DNA of 64,000 nt from the human T2T-CHM13v2.0 reference genome, Homo sapiens, in NCBI RefSeq assembly GCF_009914755.1, contig NC_060929.1; one strand, given 5' to 3'. Positions 1 to 14,924 of the stretch are shown here, in pieces. Within the stretch, counting starts at the first letter, position 1, and each line of letters begins with the position of its first letter. The notes below the pieces were generated by a model, which saw only the letters and a list, made by a program, of their open reading frames with translations, did no database searches and was not told where the DNA came from. The position numbers were made by a program, and so were the translations under genes.

Positions 1-239
1 ATCATGGGATAAGTAACATGTTTATGAAATCCACCATTTCTGGACTTACTGAATAATTTTCTAACCATTCTTCCCAGTGACTTCAATGTTGTATTTCTCA
101 CATCCATTTTATTGCCAAAGTTCACCATAATATATTATTTAAAATAGCACACTAATTAATATTATTCAATAACTGAAAAGAACTATTGCAAAAATTTAAG
201 AATTATTTTTGTTATTTAAAATGTATATAATTGGATATT

Positions 240-1110
240 GATAATTTTTAATTGTATACATTTATAGGATTCAGAGTTATGCTGTGATATATGTATACAA
301 TGTGGAATGATTGAATCAAGCAAATGTATATACCCATCACCTCAAATATTTATTATTTATTCCTCCCATCTGAAACATTGTACCCTTTGACTATTACCTC
401 TCAGTTTTTCCCTGTCCCCAGGCTCTGGTAACTACCATTCTGGCCTCTGCTTCTACGTGCTTGATATTTTTAGATTCCACATATAAGCAAGTCCATGTGG
501 TATCTGTGTTTCTGTGCCTGGCTTATTTCACTTAGCGTAATATCCTCCAAGTTCATTCATGTTGTCACAAATGGCAAAATTTTATTCTTTTTAAGGCTGA
601 ATAATATTCCATTGTGTGTATATTTAAAATCTTGTCTTCATCTATTCTTTGGTGATGGACACTTATATTGAATCCAAAACTTGGGTATTGTGAATAGGGC
701 TTCAATAAAACATAAGAGTGCAGATAGCTCTTCAGCATACTGATTTCAAATCCTCTGGATATGTTCCTAGAAGTAAGATTGCTAGATCATATGGTAACAC
801 TATTTTTAGTTTTTAAAGCAACCTCCATACTGTTTTCCATAATGGCTGTATTAATTTACATTCCTTCCAACAGTGTGCAAGAGTTCCCTTTTCTCCACAT
901 TCTGACCAACACATGTCTTTCATCTTTCTGATAATAGCCATTCTGGTAGATGTGAGGTAATGTCTCATTTTGGCTTTAATTTGCATTTTCCTAATTATTA
1001 GTGATGCTAAACATTTTTTAATGTATCTGATGGCCATTTGTGTAATTTCTTTTGAGAAATGTTTATTCAGGTTCTTTGCCCATTTTTAAATCAGGTTATT
1101 TGTCTTCTTG
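240..1110 (-). mobile_element. LINE-1 3' end (ORF2 C-terminus + 3'UTR), L1MA-type
   Basis: ORF 813-1037(-) translates to an L1 ORF2 C-terminal-like peptide (..[32 protein letters not shown]); flanking sequence matches L1MA 3'UTR motifs in antisense. Confidence 0.88.
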
Positions 1111-1329
1111 TCTAGCAAAAATTTTAACCCTAAGAACAGTGTTTAATGGGTTAGGACACCACCTGAAATTGTATGCAGGATGTTGTTAAAATGCTTCTTA
1201 GTGATTTGTATCACCCTTGGAAAATATATACAATCTTTTATCAGATTATACAAGGAGTCTTGATCATGTCTCCTACCAAAATAAAAAGTCTAAAGTCCTT
1301 AGGAAAGCCTAAAGGGATTTTATTGTACT

Positions 1330-1505
1330 CCTGCTACCTTTGCGGACTTGTCTCTTATTCCTTATTTATACTGCAGCAACATTAAACTGCTTGTGGTTCC
1401 TAGCACACACCTTAGCTTTCCTAATAGAGACTACATTGATTGAATGCTTTTGTGTTTGTACATTCCTACGCAGTACCTGGTTAAGTCCTCCTCATTCTTT
1501 CAGAC
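1330..1505 (+). mobile_element. L2 fragment (sense)
   Basis: ctgcagcaacattaaactgcttgtggttcctagcacacacc..ctcctcattctttcag resembles the L2 3' region; highly diverged. Confidence 0.45.
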
Positions 1506-1544
1506 ACTTTACGAAAAATTGGAACTATATTAAATGGGCTAAAA

Positions 1545-2270
1545 AAAAGTAATAAAAGACCAGTGTATCTGAGCACAGCAGGAGGGAGTCCAGTGGTATA
1601 GCATGATGTAAGAATGTCAGAGAGGTAGTCAGGGGCCAGATTACATGAAATGTTGTAAACTGGGCTAGGATGTTGGGATTTTATTCTAGTGTGATGAAAA
1701 GCCATTAGAAAGTTGTAATAGAGAAGTCTAACGTGAAGTGATTTCCGTTTTTTAAAATGCCACTCTGTCCATGCCTACAAATAAGGGGAAAAAACTCCAA
1801 AATAACAACAAAAAATACCACTCTGATATTGTATAGAAAATAGACTGTAGGAGGAGAGATGGGAGTAGTGAGACAAATTATGAGGATATGACAATACTCT
1901 ATCCAGGACAATGGTTATTTAGCAAGGATTATAGCAGTGACATTGGAAAAAAACAGTCCTTCTGGCTTTATGCTGGGATATACTTTGGAGATCAAGTTGA
2001 CAGGGCATACTGATGAACTGGATGAGAGAAAATTGAGAGAACGCCTAGATTTTTGATGCTAGTAATTGGATAAATGATTCTGTCATTTATTGAGTGAGGG
2101 AAAATAAAAAGAAAGGAAGCATGACTCCTTATATTCTTGCTTGGGAGATTGAATGAAGGGTAATAGGCATGATATAAATAAAATAATCTACAAGGAAAAA
2201 CAAGTTTTCTATCAGGTAGATAGGGTTTCTATTTAAGCATGTTGCGTTTTAAGTATCTGTGAATGTCTAG
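1545..2270 (-). mobile_element. L2 fragment (antisense)
   Basis: ggggccagattacatg..ggattttattctagtgtgatgaaaagccattagaaag..gaaaatagactgtaggagg matches the antisense L2 consensus. Confidence 0.8.
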
Positions 2271-3199
2271 TTCTAGAAATTTATATCTAATTCTAGGAAA
2301 GTTTTTGTTTGCCATACAACATTAGAAATAATTTTAACACTTAAAATCATTATTTTAATAATACAAATTAGGTTATTAACTAGGGATAATTTTTACCTTT
2401 AAAAGCAGTATTGCAATAATACTGACCTTTAAAAGCAATATGCTTCCTTTGATGATGTTTATGAAATAACTCTGCATACACTGCAAACTATATGGAGATG
2501 AAGGCTTCTGAGCTCATACAGAAAGATTCACATTTAATTAGAATCATCCACATAATGCTTCAGACTTCTTTTGTGAGTATTGGTGATACGGATTTATATA
2601 TAACTTGACTTGATTAATTGCAGTTAATCCATTTTTAAACAATTGGCTTTCTAATAAAATAATAAATAAACCCTTAACAAAATCCTTTTGAGAATATAGG
2701 CTGCAATTTTTAAAGTTTGACAATTGAAAGGGAACTAATGGCTGTAATATTGAATCCTAAATAAAGACAACAGATTTTGGCCTTTTGAGATTACTGCACA
2801 AAGGAATATTTCAATATTACCTTTTTGTAAATGTGGAATAAATACTTTGATAAATAGCGTTAAGCATGATACATTATGATTTAAATTCAGGTACCTCATA
2901 AGCGGGCTATTTACTTTTCTTAATTATTTCTTTTGTCTACCCATTGGGTTAAAATTGCCTCACTCTGTGTCATGCTGGCAATGCTTTCACTTCTTTGTTA
3001 GCACTCATCCATGAAATCAAGACATGTTACTGACATCTCCTATCAGATGTCTAATAGAATCTGAAACTTCACTTGGTCCACGGTAGCTCCTGCTATTCCT
3101 TGCAGCAAATGCGTTCATTGCCCATCAGCATGACTTCACTCACTCTCCGAAGCTTGTTTAAACTTTCTCAGGTAAATGCTCTGGCTGACTTCCCATTTT

Positions 3200-3560
3200 C
3201 ACCTGTAGTAACTGCATCTTTGTCTCTGAAGACTCTTTCTCCCCAAAACTGTAGAAACCCACTAGGATGATGCCAACTGTGCAGAGGAATTAGCACCATT
3301 TAACAAATAACTACTTGGAGTTGATAAATACCTCAGTTCCTCCCCACTGAGGTGGAATAATTCTGAGCTATCTGTGATGCTGTTTCCCAGAACTTTCTCA
3401 CAGTCACTCCCTGTGTCAGCTGGCTTAATAGGACATCTGTAGTGGCAGTTTTCCTTTTCTTATTTTCCCTTGACACTTCCCTACTCATTCTTTGATCTTC
3501 CCAAATAGACAGCTTGTGCTCAACTCCTTGTCTCACGGTCTGTTTCTAGAGTCCAAAGTG
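3200..3560 (+). mobile_element. ERVL LTR16-family LTR
   Basis: gataaatacctcagttcctcccc..; 3' end tcccaaatagacagcttgtgctcaactccttgtctcacggtctgtttct resembles the LTR16 terminus. Confidence 0.7.
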
Positions 3561-6500
3561 AGATTCTCCCAACAAACCATCTCTGAGGGTTCTATAGACT
3601 TTTTTGCATATCGTTTCGTAGTCTTATAGCAATTCCTGTCCTCAATATGTGGTAGAGATAGACAATGAATATTTTATTGTAATCCAATGTCAAAAGTGAA
3701 TTTCACCTATTGTGTTGTACATAATAGATAAAAGTACAGGAAAATAAAAGAGCTGATTGAAATGCAGCACATTCAGACCGGCAGTTTCCAGAAGGATTTC
3801 CAGAATGGCATTATCATTTTGATGTTTCAGTGAAAAAATCGCTCATCTAGCAATGACTTGTTGATTATTGTGACCATCCCAATCACTCCTTTGAAGGCTG
3901 AGGGGTAGAAAGATAGAGAAGATCGGGTCTCTGCTTAGGAGTTCATAGTCTTTTCTCCTACCTGTTTTGGACTTATAGTTTCTATCTTTGTGGGGTTATG
4001 AGGAAGAAAAGAAGGATGAGGAGGAAATAGAGATAGAAGAAAACAAGGAGAATAATAAGGAAGAAGAAGATCAATCACATGTTTGTAGAACTAAATTTCT
4101 AAGCAAATAGAAAGCCCAGTGAAGCGGTCTTCCAGTAGCTATGTGAGAAATGTTCCTTCATGACTGAAGAGATAGGAAAAAGGTACCTGTAGAATGATAG
4201 CTTTGAAGCCATCTTCTAAGGGCCATAGTGTGTCTTCTCTTTGCTTTAACTTTGGCACAGTTGATCTCTGGGTCATTACAGGAATAATAGCATAGGTGAT
4301 CAGGCAACCTAAATGAGGCTTCTGAAATTCTACAGGTGGATGGGGAATGCACACAGTATAAAGAGCTATTGAAATGAGAGCAATTTCTTATTTACAAACA
4401 CATATTTCTTAACATGTGGTTTTCCATATTTTAGAGAAGCCTGAACTTGATTTTGTTTCTAGCCCTGTGTGTTTGTGTGTGAGGAGAGAGGGGGCTGAGT
4501 GGAAAAGGGCTTAAACCTGGGGGATGATTACGGCAGTTCCAGTGTTCCCTCACAGGAACATAATAATTGCTGTTAACAATGTCTTTTCCAAAGTTGAAAG
4601 CTATAGCGTAAGTAAAATAAATGTTTATAGATATCAGGCCTTAAAGCCAGTGAAATTGAAACAAACATTCTTGAGTCGCTCCTTAGAGATGCACACAATT
4701 AATTGAAGTCAGATAATTGCATGTGTAATGGCTTCTTGTACACTAAGTACCTGTTTACAAATCAAATTATTCAATTTGGAGTCTCAAGTGTGTGCTTTCT
4801 ATGCTCAATTAACCCCTTATGACTATGCATAAACACCTAGTTTATAAAAATGTGGCTTTTAATATTTTTAAGACCATCTAAATTATACTACAAATTTATA
4901 CAATGAAGTATAAAATAAAAACCTGTTATTATTTTGTAAGTTAAGAGATGTAACATATCAAGTATTGCTCTGAGTTGTTTGCTGCTGTTTCAGGTTTACA
5001 TGTTTATTTGTGAAGCTTGTATTTAAATAAGTTTTCTATGCAAGTGAGATACACTTTAAGAGATACATGCCTCGTAAAAACATGCCTGATAAAAATCTAA
5101 AAGGGCAACTTTCTGAAGACATTTGAGAGTAGCAACCATGCTGCTGCTAACTGAAAAGTACATTTGTTAGAATTGTTCATTTAATTATTTACTCATTTGA
5201 ATTTTGTTGCACACCATATATAGAGTACCACTGAAAGTGTACAAACAGAAAAAAAGACTTGATCCCTACATTCCACACATGATTACATAGATCCGATCCA
5301 TAACTCTAAGGATGAAATAGGCATACTGTTATGAGCTTATACCCTTAGACAAACAAGTTTCAAAGCCCAGTTCCATATCTCAAGAAATGAGCAAAACGAG
5401 AATAATTATATCATCACTGAGCTTTAGTTTTCTTATCAGTAGAAGTGAACCAGTGTAACATCTTGCTCAGGTATGAATATGAAAACTGTTAAAATGTTTA
5501 TCATATTCTAAAGGCACATAGAAAAAATAATACATCTTATTGCTCTCTAAGTTAAGAAAACATATTCTACTCTTTTTAGTGATTCAGTTTCTATCATTTT
5601 TACAAATGGGTAAGATTAAAAAAAAGCTCTTAAATGGATAATAAATGCCACAGGTAAAGTAAAATCCTTTCGTAGGTAGGCTCAAAAGAAGCAAGAATAA
5701 GATTAAGATTCATATAGTGAAGTTACATTGTCAACTTGAAAGCTGTGTGACCATTTGGCTAAACAAATGGTACGATAATAGGGTCAGAGGACAAATTATA
5801 GAATGTATAAAGTAGATAAATTGCATTTAGTACTGTTATAGATTTAGGCCTACTTTCAGAGCTAAAAGGCCTTTGATATGAATAATACGGTAAAAACTAG
5901 AAAAAAAAAACAATTTGGATTAAAAATTCTCATTTATTTTCTATTAAACTCTTCAACTAGAGTAAATATTTGAAATAATTCTTCTCTCCAGATAAAAACA
6001 AAAGAATATCATATAGCATTTGGGGTGAAGATAGAATATAATCCTATTTTATTTTTATATTATCATTTTAAAAGGTTATCTTCAGTAATAAGACTTTGCT
6101 TTTCAGTGGTAGGAAAAAAAAATAAATAGATATCCCTGGCATTGGTTTTCCCACATATGGGAGAATTAAGAGAGGGCTGTTTATTAATTTCCTGAACATT
6201 ACTGCTTTTAGCATTCATTTTGGTGACTGAATATTGACTGTTTGAATTGGGTAAAGTTCACTTGGGTAAAGGAGTCTATATTTATTTTACTTGGTTCCTA
6301 AAATATAATTATATTTTATTTTTATATAATATATTTAAGGCTTGTAGGGTCAGGAAAAAAAGGCCTTTAAATATTTGTTTCCTCTTTTATTCCCTCCCTT
6401 CCTCTCCCTTTTCCTGCTTTGCTCTCTAACTTTTTTGTCAGTCTTTTCAAAGTGAGATGAGCAGTGTTTCCTATTTATGTTCTCTTAAAGGGAAGAAGCC

Positions 6501-7919
6501 CTTGAGAAAAAAAAAAAAATCATTGACTACTTGTGCCCCTGATGATTTGACTATATATGTTTAATATCTACAACGAGTTAGGTTTAAAAGGCTGATTCTT
6601 CTATTATAAAATAGTCATAGAGCTGTCAAACTCCACTCATTTTTGTTGTTGGCTAAGTAGGGGATATATATTAAAAAATAACCACACACCCATCATGTAC
6701 TTTGCACTGATTTTTGTAAATCATGCTTCCTATACTGATTACACATTTTAAGCAGTAACCCAAAGCACTTAGACTTCTTGTGGCCCTTATGCATGACAGG
6801 CTTTTGTGAGTCTGTCAGACAGCTTCTGAGTATGTTTTTGCTATAGCGATTTTCTTCATAATCAGTCTATCTCTTTTTCACAAATGAATTGGATTGTTAG
6901 CTGAAGTGTATTAGTTATACAGTCAACACTAGGAACAGGATAGACCTGTGGTTCCATTAGATGTAAGAGGAGTTTTGAAAATATCACCAGTTGATCAAGT
7001 ATTCATTACTGGAGAGATGATATTTTATAGCTTTTCAAAATAGTAGGATGTGGCTTTACTACTGCCTGAAATAGTGGGAAAGAAATGGAAAAGCAATCTC
7101 ATTTACTCCATCTGTCTCATTTAGTATCCATTCCAACTCTTTGTATTAAAAGTCATTTTTTCCGTGGTTATTTTTTTTAGAACAAATGTGATTTAAAACA
7201 TGGTGGTAATGTTGAGGGAAAAAAATGGCATTTGAGCAATTTGAGGCATAAACTCAGCAAGTAGCTGTCTTTAAAAAATTGTGCAAAAAAATGGATACAT
7301 GCAGAATATTTATATTGGTGGCACCAATATTTCTTTTAAAAAGTAGATCAGTTTTCCAGGGACAGAAAAATGTGACTTTTTGCTAAAGATGTCATGGTAA
7401 CCTTCATAGTATTAATAAATAAATAAGAACATTTTTAGAAGTAGCACATAAGAAATGGCAAGTGTCTGAGTTTTCTGAAATAGTGTAGTGTAACAGAATC
7501 TGACCATTGCTTTTTTATTTCCTTAAAGAAAGTATGATATTGAAATATCCTTATGCTTTGACTTTCTACCATTTCTGATGGTAAATGAGTAAAGAAACAA
7601 TGTTACTTTCACCAACCAAAAGAAAAATACAAAAACAAAACCATCAAGATATATAACCTACTGATGTCAACTTATTTAGTGAATGGAACAGATATTTTCC
7701 GCATTGTAGAAAAAATTAAGACTGAAATCTGGCATTTTTCTTGTTTATGTGCTACTCATCATCATGTATTAGAATTTCTTAGGTCTAAAGTTTATTTTGT
7801 GAAAAAAATGAAAATTGTTTTTGTTCATCATAAAGGTGATGAACAGGTGATGTCTACTTCACATGAAGGTATTTTGAATACGTAAGTAATAGTGCGTGTG
7901 CTCTGGGTTTCTACGGCTA

Positions 7920-8256
<337 letters not shown>

Positions 8257-8504
8257 TCATGGTTCTCATCAGATCCCCTTTTGGCAAGGTTATGCATTTT
8301 CATTAGACTGGCCTGCATACTACATCCTGACTTACGGAAGATTCTATCTTCACAGTCTAACAAATTGAATTAATAGCTAACCATTCTAGCGATATTGCGT
8401 ACCATGGACTTGGAATCTTGGTCATTGCGTCTTCTGTTTTCTGGTTTTAGATGTTTAGTAATGGAAGCTTTTAACATAAACATGAATTATTATTAATAAT
8501 TGCA

Positions 8505-8853
<349 letters not shown>

Positions 8854-9942
8854 CTACTAGATTATAATAATTCAAACTCAATATGGGTCTTTGTATTGAG
8901 AATCTCTCTGAGACAGATTTTTAATTTGGAAAATATACTTCATTTTCTTAATCATGCTTCCTAATGGATAAGATTCTTGTTACTGACTTTTCATCTTTGA
9001 TCTTTTTTCCCTTGGATCCACTGATTATGAGAATAAAAGCATTATTTGTCAATACCAATGGTTTAGGTGATGATACTAGTTTTCTATTTTAATTTTATAT
9101 TGTTGAACCATATGATTGACAAGACAAACAATGCTGAAGATTTTAAGGAGAGATGCATGCCCTGTGTTTAATGAAGAAAAATACAATGGATTGGATCCAT
9201 CAAGATAAAAATATTTTGAGAAAAGAAATAATAGTATTCAGTTCCCTGACTGAACTTAATGGGTTTACAATGATCACAGTATTTTGCATTAATCTGTTCC
9301 CTCTAATTCATTCTCATCCTCATATAAAATAATATAAAAATGCTACCATTTGTTTATATCATTTTTCTCCAATGAGCTTACATATCGTTTACTTCATAAT
9401 ATTTTTTAAAGTGACATAATTCTTTAATGTATCAGAACTTTTTTGAAGAACAATTATCATGTCTTCTTGATTTTCAAGAAAAAAAGTGGATGTGGATTAT
9501 ATTCCAAAATATTTTGTAAGAGTTGTGAAATAAACTGATAACCTTAAAAGCCACAACAGAAGATAAATACAATGAACATGATTATTTTTAAGGCATGATT
9601 GTCATCATCTCTAACCAATATTAATAGAAAGAAACAGATACAACTGAACACAGGCACGTGAACAGAGGCACATGAAAAAGATATGAGTGAAATGTGAAAA
9701 TGGCTGTTGAGAAACACTATCCAAAAATGTTAGAAATAATGAGGTATAGATCAAAGTATATGCCTGGTCATTAATTGGAAGAAAATAATTGGCAATATTA
9801 TGAGATTAACTAGCTAGCTAACTCATACCGTTCAAAATCTCTGAAATAGTTCAGAGAAAAGTACGGGGGTCAAGAAATCTATTTCCACAGATTTTCTAGA
9901 AGGTAGAGGGAAACATCTGAATTCTGCATGTGTGGACAATTG

Positions 9943-10465
9943 CAGGGGTCCCCAACCCCCAGGCCATGGACCCGTATGTTTCCTGGCCTGTTAGGAACCA
10001 GGTCCCACAGCAGGAGGTGAGCCCTGGGCGAGTGAAGCCTCATCTGTGTTTACAGCCACTCCTCATCACTCAAATTACCATCTGAGCTCCACCTCCTGCC
10101 AGATCAGCAGCAGCATTAGATTCTCATAGGAGTAGGAGCCTGGTTGTGAACTGCGCATGTGAAGGATGTAGGTTCCAGGCTCTTTAAGAGAATCGAATGG
10201 CTGATGATCTGTCACTATCCCCCAGTACCCCTAGATGGGACCATCTAGTTGCAAAACAACAAGCTCAGGGTTCCCACTGATTCCACATTATGGAGTGTTG
10301 TATAATTATTTCATTATATATTACAATGTAATGTTAATAAGAATAAAGTGCACAATAAATGCAATACTCTTGAGTCATTCTGAAACCATTTTCCCTACCC
10401 AAGTCCATGGAAAAATTGTCTTCTACAAAACCGGTCCCTGGTATCAAAAAGTTTGGGGACCACTG
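9943..10465 (+). mobile_element. MER1A (hAT-Charlie non-autonomous DNA transposon)
   Basis: TIRs caggggtccccaacc .. gtttggggaccactg; ~520 bp with MER1 internal motifs (gcattagattctcatagg). Confidence 0.88.
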
Positions 10466-11387
10466 CACTATTGAATTTATTGTTTTATTATCGCTTTTGG
10501 TTTTCAGAAATTTTCACTTATAGCTATATCTTAGTCTAGAGCTTCTTATACTTGAAAAATATATATGTCATTTTTAAAGAAAAAAATCATAAACCCACAA
10601 TCTTATAGTAATATGTTAATTGCAATAGTATTTAAAATGGTGGAAAAATACAACCATATATAAGTCCCTTATGCTAATAGCTCTCACAAAATTATAAAGC
10701 CAAACAAATTAAATATAAACTATAAAAACAATAAAATTCAAATTAACAACATTAATTTTTCTTTGACAAATAATGCTGTTTTGCTGAAACAAAATTGTCG
10801 TTCATGATGTGGATACCAGCTTCTTAGGCACAGGCTCTTCCAGGCAAACTGTCATAAAATTTTCCATTTCAAGCTGTACCAAGATTTTTATGTGTGTATC
10901 AGTGACACTATTTACTGTTTTGTTGGTTTGAATTGTGTTACTGTGTCCAGTTTCCCTCCCAACTCCTTATTAGCCTGTGATAAAGTACTGCTATTGCCAA
11001 CCCAATAACATGGAATATACAAAGATAGCCACTCAAATATAATAATATTTAGTCTTAGGCAGCCAATTGATTCAAAACGCTTCAAGAAATTTTTAAAGGT
11101 TTTCTTATTGAGTGTTCAGGGTTCTTAGGAATAGTTTTGGAAAGTCCCAGGGATCCTCAGAACTCAGTGGAGGAGTATTAAATCAGCTGTGACCAAAATA
11201 CAAAAGAAATTACTTAAAAAAAAATCACATATCAGACTAAATATGTTAGTAAAAGGAAACAATGTCCAAGAAACAAAGCAAATAGGATAAAAACAAAAGG
11301 GAAAATTCTCCAAACATAAGGTTGTAATATCAAAACAAGAGAAATTCAGAAAAAATTATGTAAAACAACAAGCAAATTGAGTGTATT

Positions 11388-11576
11388 TAAGGTTCGGGGG
11401 TACATGTGCAAGTTTGTTACGTAGGTGCATTGTGTGATGCTAAGTTCTGGGTTCCTATTGATCCTGTCACCCATATAGTGAACACAGGGCCCAACAGGAA
11501 ATTTTCAGCCCTTATCTCCTTCCTTCTCATACCCCAGTGTCTATTGTTCCCATGTTTATGTCTGTGTGTACCCAAA
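11388..11576 (-). mobile_element. L1PA15/16-L1PB-type 3'UTR fragment
   Basis: ggttcgggggtacatgtgcaagtttgttac..gatcctgtcacccatatagtgaac..ccccagtgtctattgttccc. Confidence 0.8.
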
Positions 11577-12994
11577 CACATTGAATTTCTAAAACTGAAA
11601 ACCATAAAATACAGGTTGTAATGTGGACCTCGTATTTTTTCCCCTGTAAAAAGAAAGAAAAAAAAAAAAGTAGTGCTGATTTCAGGGATAATGGTGGTAG
11701 GATGATAGAGTCAAATTGACGGTGGGCTACGGTTAGGACCAAATGCAAAATATCTAGAGCTCAAAGAAGGGTATTCAAAATCTAGTCCATTTAAACAGAA
11801 TCCAAAACAAATTAAAGTGTGAAGAAAATGTCAAATGTGTTAAAAATTCTTTAGGTATTTAGTTTTGGTTGGCAGCCAAGTCTTTGTCCTTTGATATGGA
11901 TTGACATCTATCTAAATTTGAGATGATTTTCATTTTATTTTGTTACTTTTGCCTCCTGAAGCAGAATCCCATCAACAGCCTCTTCTTGCCAATAGAAAAG
12001 AACAGCCTTACAGGAGCGAAGAAAGGACCTTAACTACATGACCTTCCTGCAGAGATGTGTGATGGCTTTATGATGTTTGGCAGCAGGTCCATCTCTGTGG
12101 CATTCTGCATTAGTGTTTTTCTTCTGTAGTTATTGAAATGCTAATTCAGTTGCAGTTGATAAAAAATGTTTATAGTAACGTCACATTACTATTTTTCGCC
12201 AAATTCTTTGCTACGATTTTCTCCAAATGTGAATATGAGGTTGATATTTGGGTATTACAATTCAAAGCAAATTCAATTCTTAAACCTTTTATTGGACAAA
12301 TCCAGTTCCAACTTTCAATTTAATTGAGGTAAAAGGTAAAGTAATAGTGGGAACTTGTAAGAGATTCTTTCTTTGTTTGCCTGTGTCAATATATTTTCTG
12401 TTTGTGATAACAAAAAGGAAAAAATAACCATAATCATACAATATAATTATCACTTTTACATTTTTTCCCTGTTTGCTTAAACATATATTATACATATGTA
12501 ATCCATGCCTTTTGTATTATTCTGGCTCCCATGAATGATATATTATAAGCATTTTCATTTTGCTATATAGCATTTTAATCATACATAAAATTAATTTCAT
12601 TAATTAAATTATGCCATACAAGATTAAATTATCACAGAATCAAAAAAATCAAAAGTTGAACAGAAGCTTCAAATATAATCACTCAAATATCATCATTGTT
12701 AACATTTCTATTTACAGTTTTCAGATTTTATTTTTCAGAATATATATGTGAATATGAACACATTTGTAGGAATTTCTGTTGGTGCTGCACAAATATACCC
12801 TAGACCCTCATTAGCACATGCCCATGATATCTTCTTGAAAGCATCAATGATGCTGTTCTTCAAAACATTCTTTCAGTTGAAGTGTTGCTGAGTCAATGCT
12901 CCAGGAAATAGTTTTTGGCCCAGTGATGAGAATTAAAAGATAAAAAGCTCAGCTTCCTTGAAACTCAGATGGAATGACTTTAAGACATTGTGGT

Positions 12995-14302
12995 GGTTTA
13001 TTCCTATTCGATGTGGGACACTTCTAAAGAGAAACTGCAGCATTCTCCATTAGCCTGACAAAGATTATGGAGTTTCTTCTTAACCAATCATCTTTTCCTC
13101 TCCTCTTTTCACAGAGGTTAGACCTGTACCATGATCTGAAGAGTCTTCCTTCTAAACTCTTTCTCCTCTTTACTCTTCACATGTGTTTCCCGAATAAATC
13201 TCTTGTATATCTAATCCTGTTTTGCCTGCTTTTCAAAAAATCCAAACTAACACAAGTAGTGCCAGGAGTAGCAGGAGAAAACAAAGGTAAAATGAAATTT
13301 TGGGACTGGTCAACAAATGACCTAATGGTCAAATTGTTGCAATTGGCATAGCAAGGTTAACATTAAAATAAAAGCTATAGCTGCTACCAGGATACTTTGG
13401 ACTCCAGGTGTAGAAAGGAGTCACCATCTTGGCTAGAGTAATTGATGGTTATAAGCAGGAGGTGGAAGGACTGTATTTACATAGTTGGTGCCGGTAGACA
13501 AATATATGGAACATGGGTTACCCATGTGGACCTCTTGAGTACCCTCATCCCCATTGTAACTGAATGGACATTTACAACAATTATAGCCTGAGAAGCCCAT
13601 GATTTCCAAGGGCTTAGGCCCTAAGGAATGAAGGTTCGGATCACAACACATGATTAGGCACCAAGATCTGTCAAAGTAATAGCTGAAGGTTAGGGGATTT
13701 TTTAGAAAGGACAAAGGAGAAGAGAAAGGATGAGTATAATGTATGACCCCAAAACCAACTATAGCAGTGGATGGTGTAGCTGGTGTTACCAGTCTCTCTA
13801 TTTTAAGTTTCCCTTAAATAAGGGAGGGTAATAGGAAACATGGTGATGCCACTCCTTAAACTTGCATTGAGAATCAGATTTGTGCAATGCAGTGGGTGAA
13901 ATGTAGAATCTGTGAAACTATGCCCAGATCTTGCTCTGCAAGGAGCATAATTGACAGACAGTGCTAGCTGCCAGCTTTCTGGATCCACCACTACATTTGT
14001 GCAGCAGGCATACTTCCTCAGAGCTACTCTAAGTGGAAGACTGAGCAGGGCGAATTACTAATGCCAGCCCATTCTTGCTAGGTCTGGGATTCCTCTAATG
14101 TGTATTGGCCTAAAACTCTTAGAACTGTACTGATGTTTGAGACTCTCCCTCTCAAATCCTCCTTCTGCAGGTGGTAGACCTGGACTGCATTCTAAATGCT
14201 CTCTCTGACCACTCTTTCTTTCTTCCATTTATCCTTAATAGACATTTCCTCTAATAAATGTATTGCATGTTTATTCTGCTTCACAGAGTACTCAAACTAA
14301 CA
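12995..14302 (+). mobile_element. Internally deleted ERVL (HERV16-like) provirus remnant: partial 5' LTR (to 13254), internal 13255-13901, 3' LTR 13902-14302
   Basis: Both LTRs end aataaat..caaactaaca(ca); PBS-like agtagtgccaggagt follows the 5' LTR; PPT-like gcagtgggtgaaa precedes tgtag of the 3' LTR. Confidence 0.65.
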
Positions 14303-14464
14303 AAAGCATATTCCAAACCTTCTCCCAGAGGATTCCATGGGAAACTAAGTCCAGTTGCCCACAACAATTATTAGCCTGCACACCAGCACACCCTGTTTTG
14401 AACTCTTTGCATTCCCTTTCTTATATCCCTATTCCTCTACTAGTCCCTCCTAAGATTAAATTAG

Positions 14465-14859
14465 TGTGGTGGTTTTAAAATAAATCTACAAAGTTTTTAA
14501 TACTCCTTTCAAGAGGTGGAGCCTAATTTCCCTCCTCTTGAGTATGAACTGGAATTACTCACAGAGCTCTAATAAAGAGAATGTGGCAGAAATTATGTAT
14601 GTGCTGCTAATAGCTAGCAACAAACTAAGACCTCCAGCCAACAGCCATGTAAGTGAGCCCTTTCAGAATCAGAACATCTGTCCCAGTTAAACATTCAGAT
14701 GGTGGCTGACAACTTGAATGCAGCTTTAGAAGAGACTTTGAAGAACTATCAAGCCATTTCCGTACTCCCAACCCTCAAAAACTATGTGAGATAAGTATTT
14801 GTTGTTTTAAGTTATAAGCTACCAGGAAACTTGTTATGCAAAAATAGACAAGTAATACA
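14465..14859 (+). mobile_element. MaLR LTR (MLT1F/G-like)
   Basis: tgtggtggttttaaaa..tcaagaggtggagcctaatttccctcctcttgagt..ttgttgttttaag..atagacaagtaataca. Confidence 0.8.
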
Positions 14860-14924
14860 CTATTAAATCCATCACACATACTCAAATCCTTCTCACAGGA
14901 TCAACTGTGGAGAAATATTTGTTT

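Larger units (their letters stand above)
12765..14915 (+). mobile_element. Outer LTR16-family LTR in three pieces (~12765-12990, ~14303-14460, ~14860-14915)
   Basis: Starts tgtaggaatttctgttggtgc; the collinear consensus resumes at ctcccagaggattcc..tccagttgcccaca and again at actcaaatccttctcacagg. Confidence 0.6.

Noticed and set aside
11930-12045. Acceptor-like site followed by a short open frame (AESHQQPLLANRKEQPYRSEERTLTT*)
   Set aside because: Not recognised, no linked upstream exon, and expected by chance.
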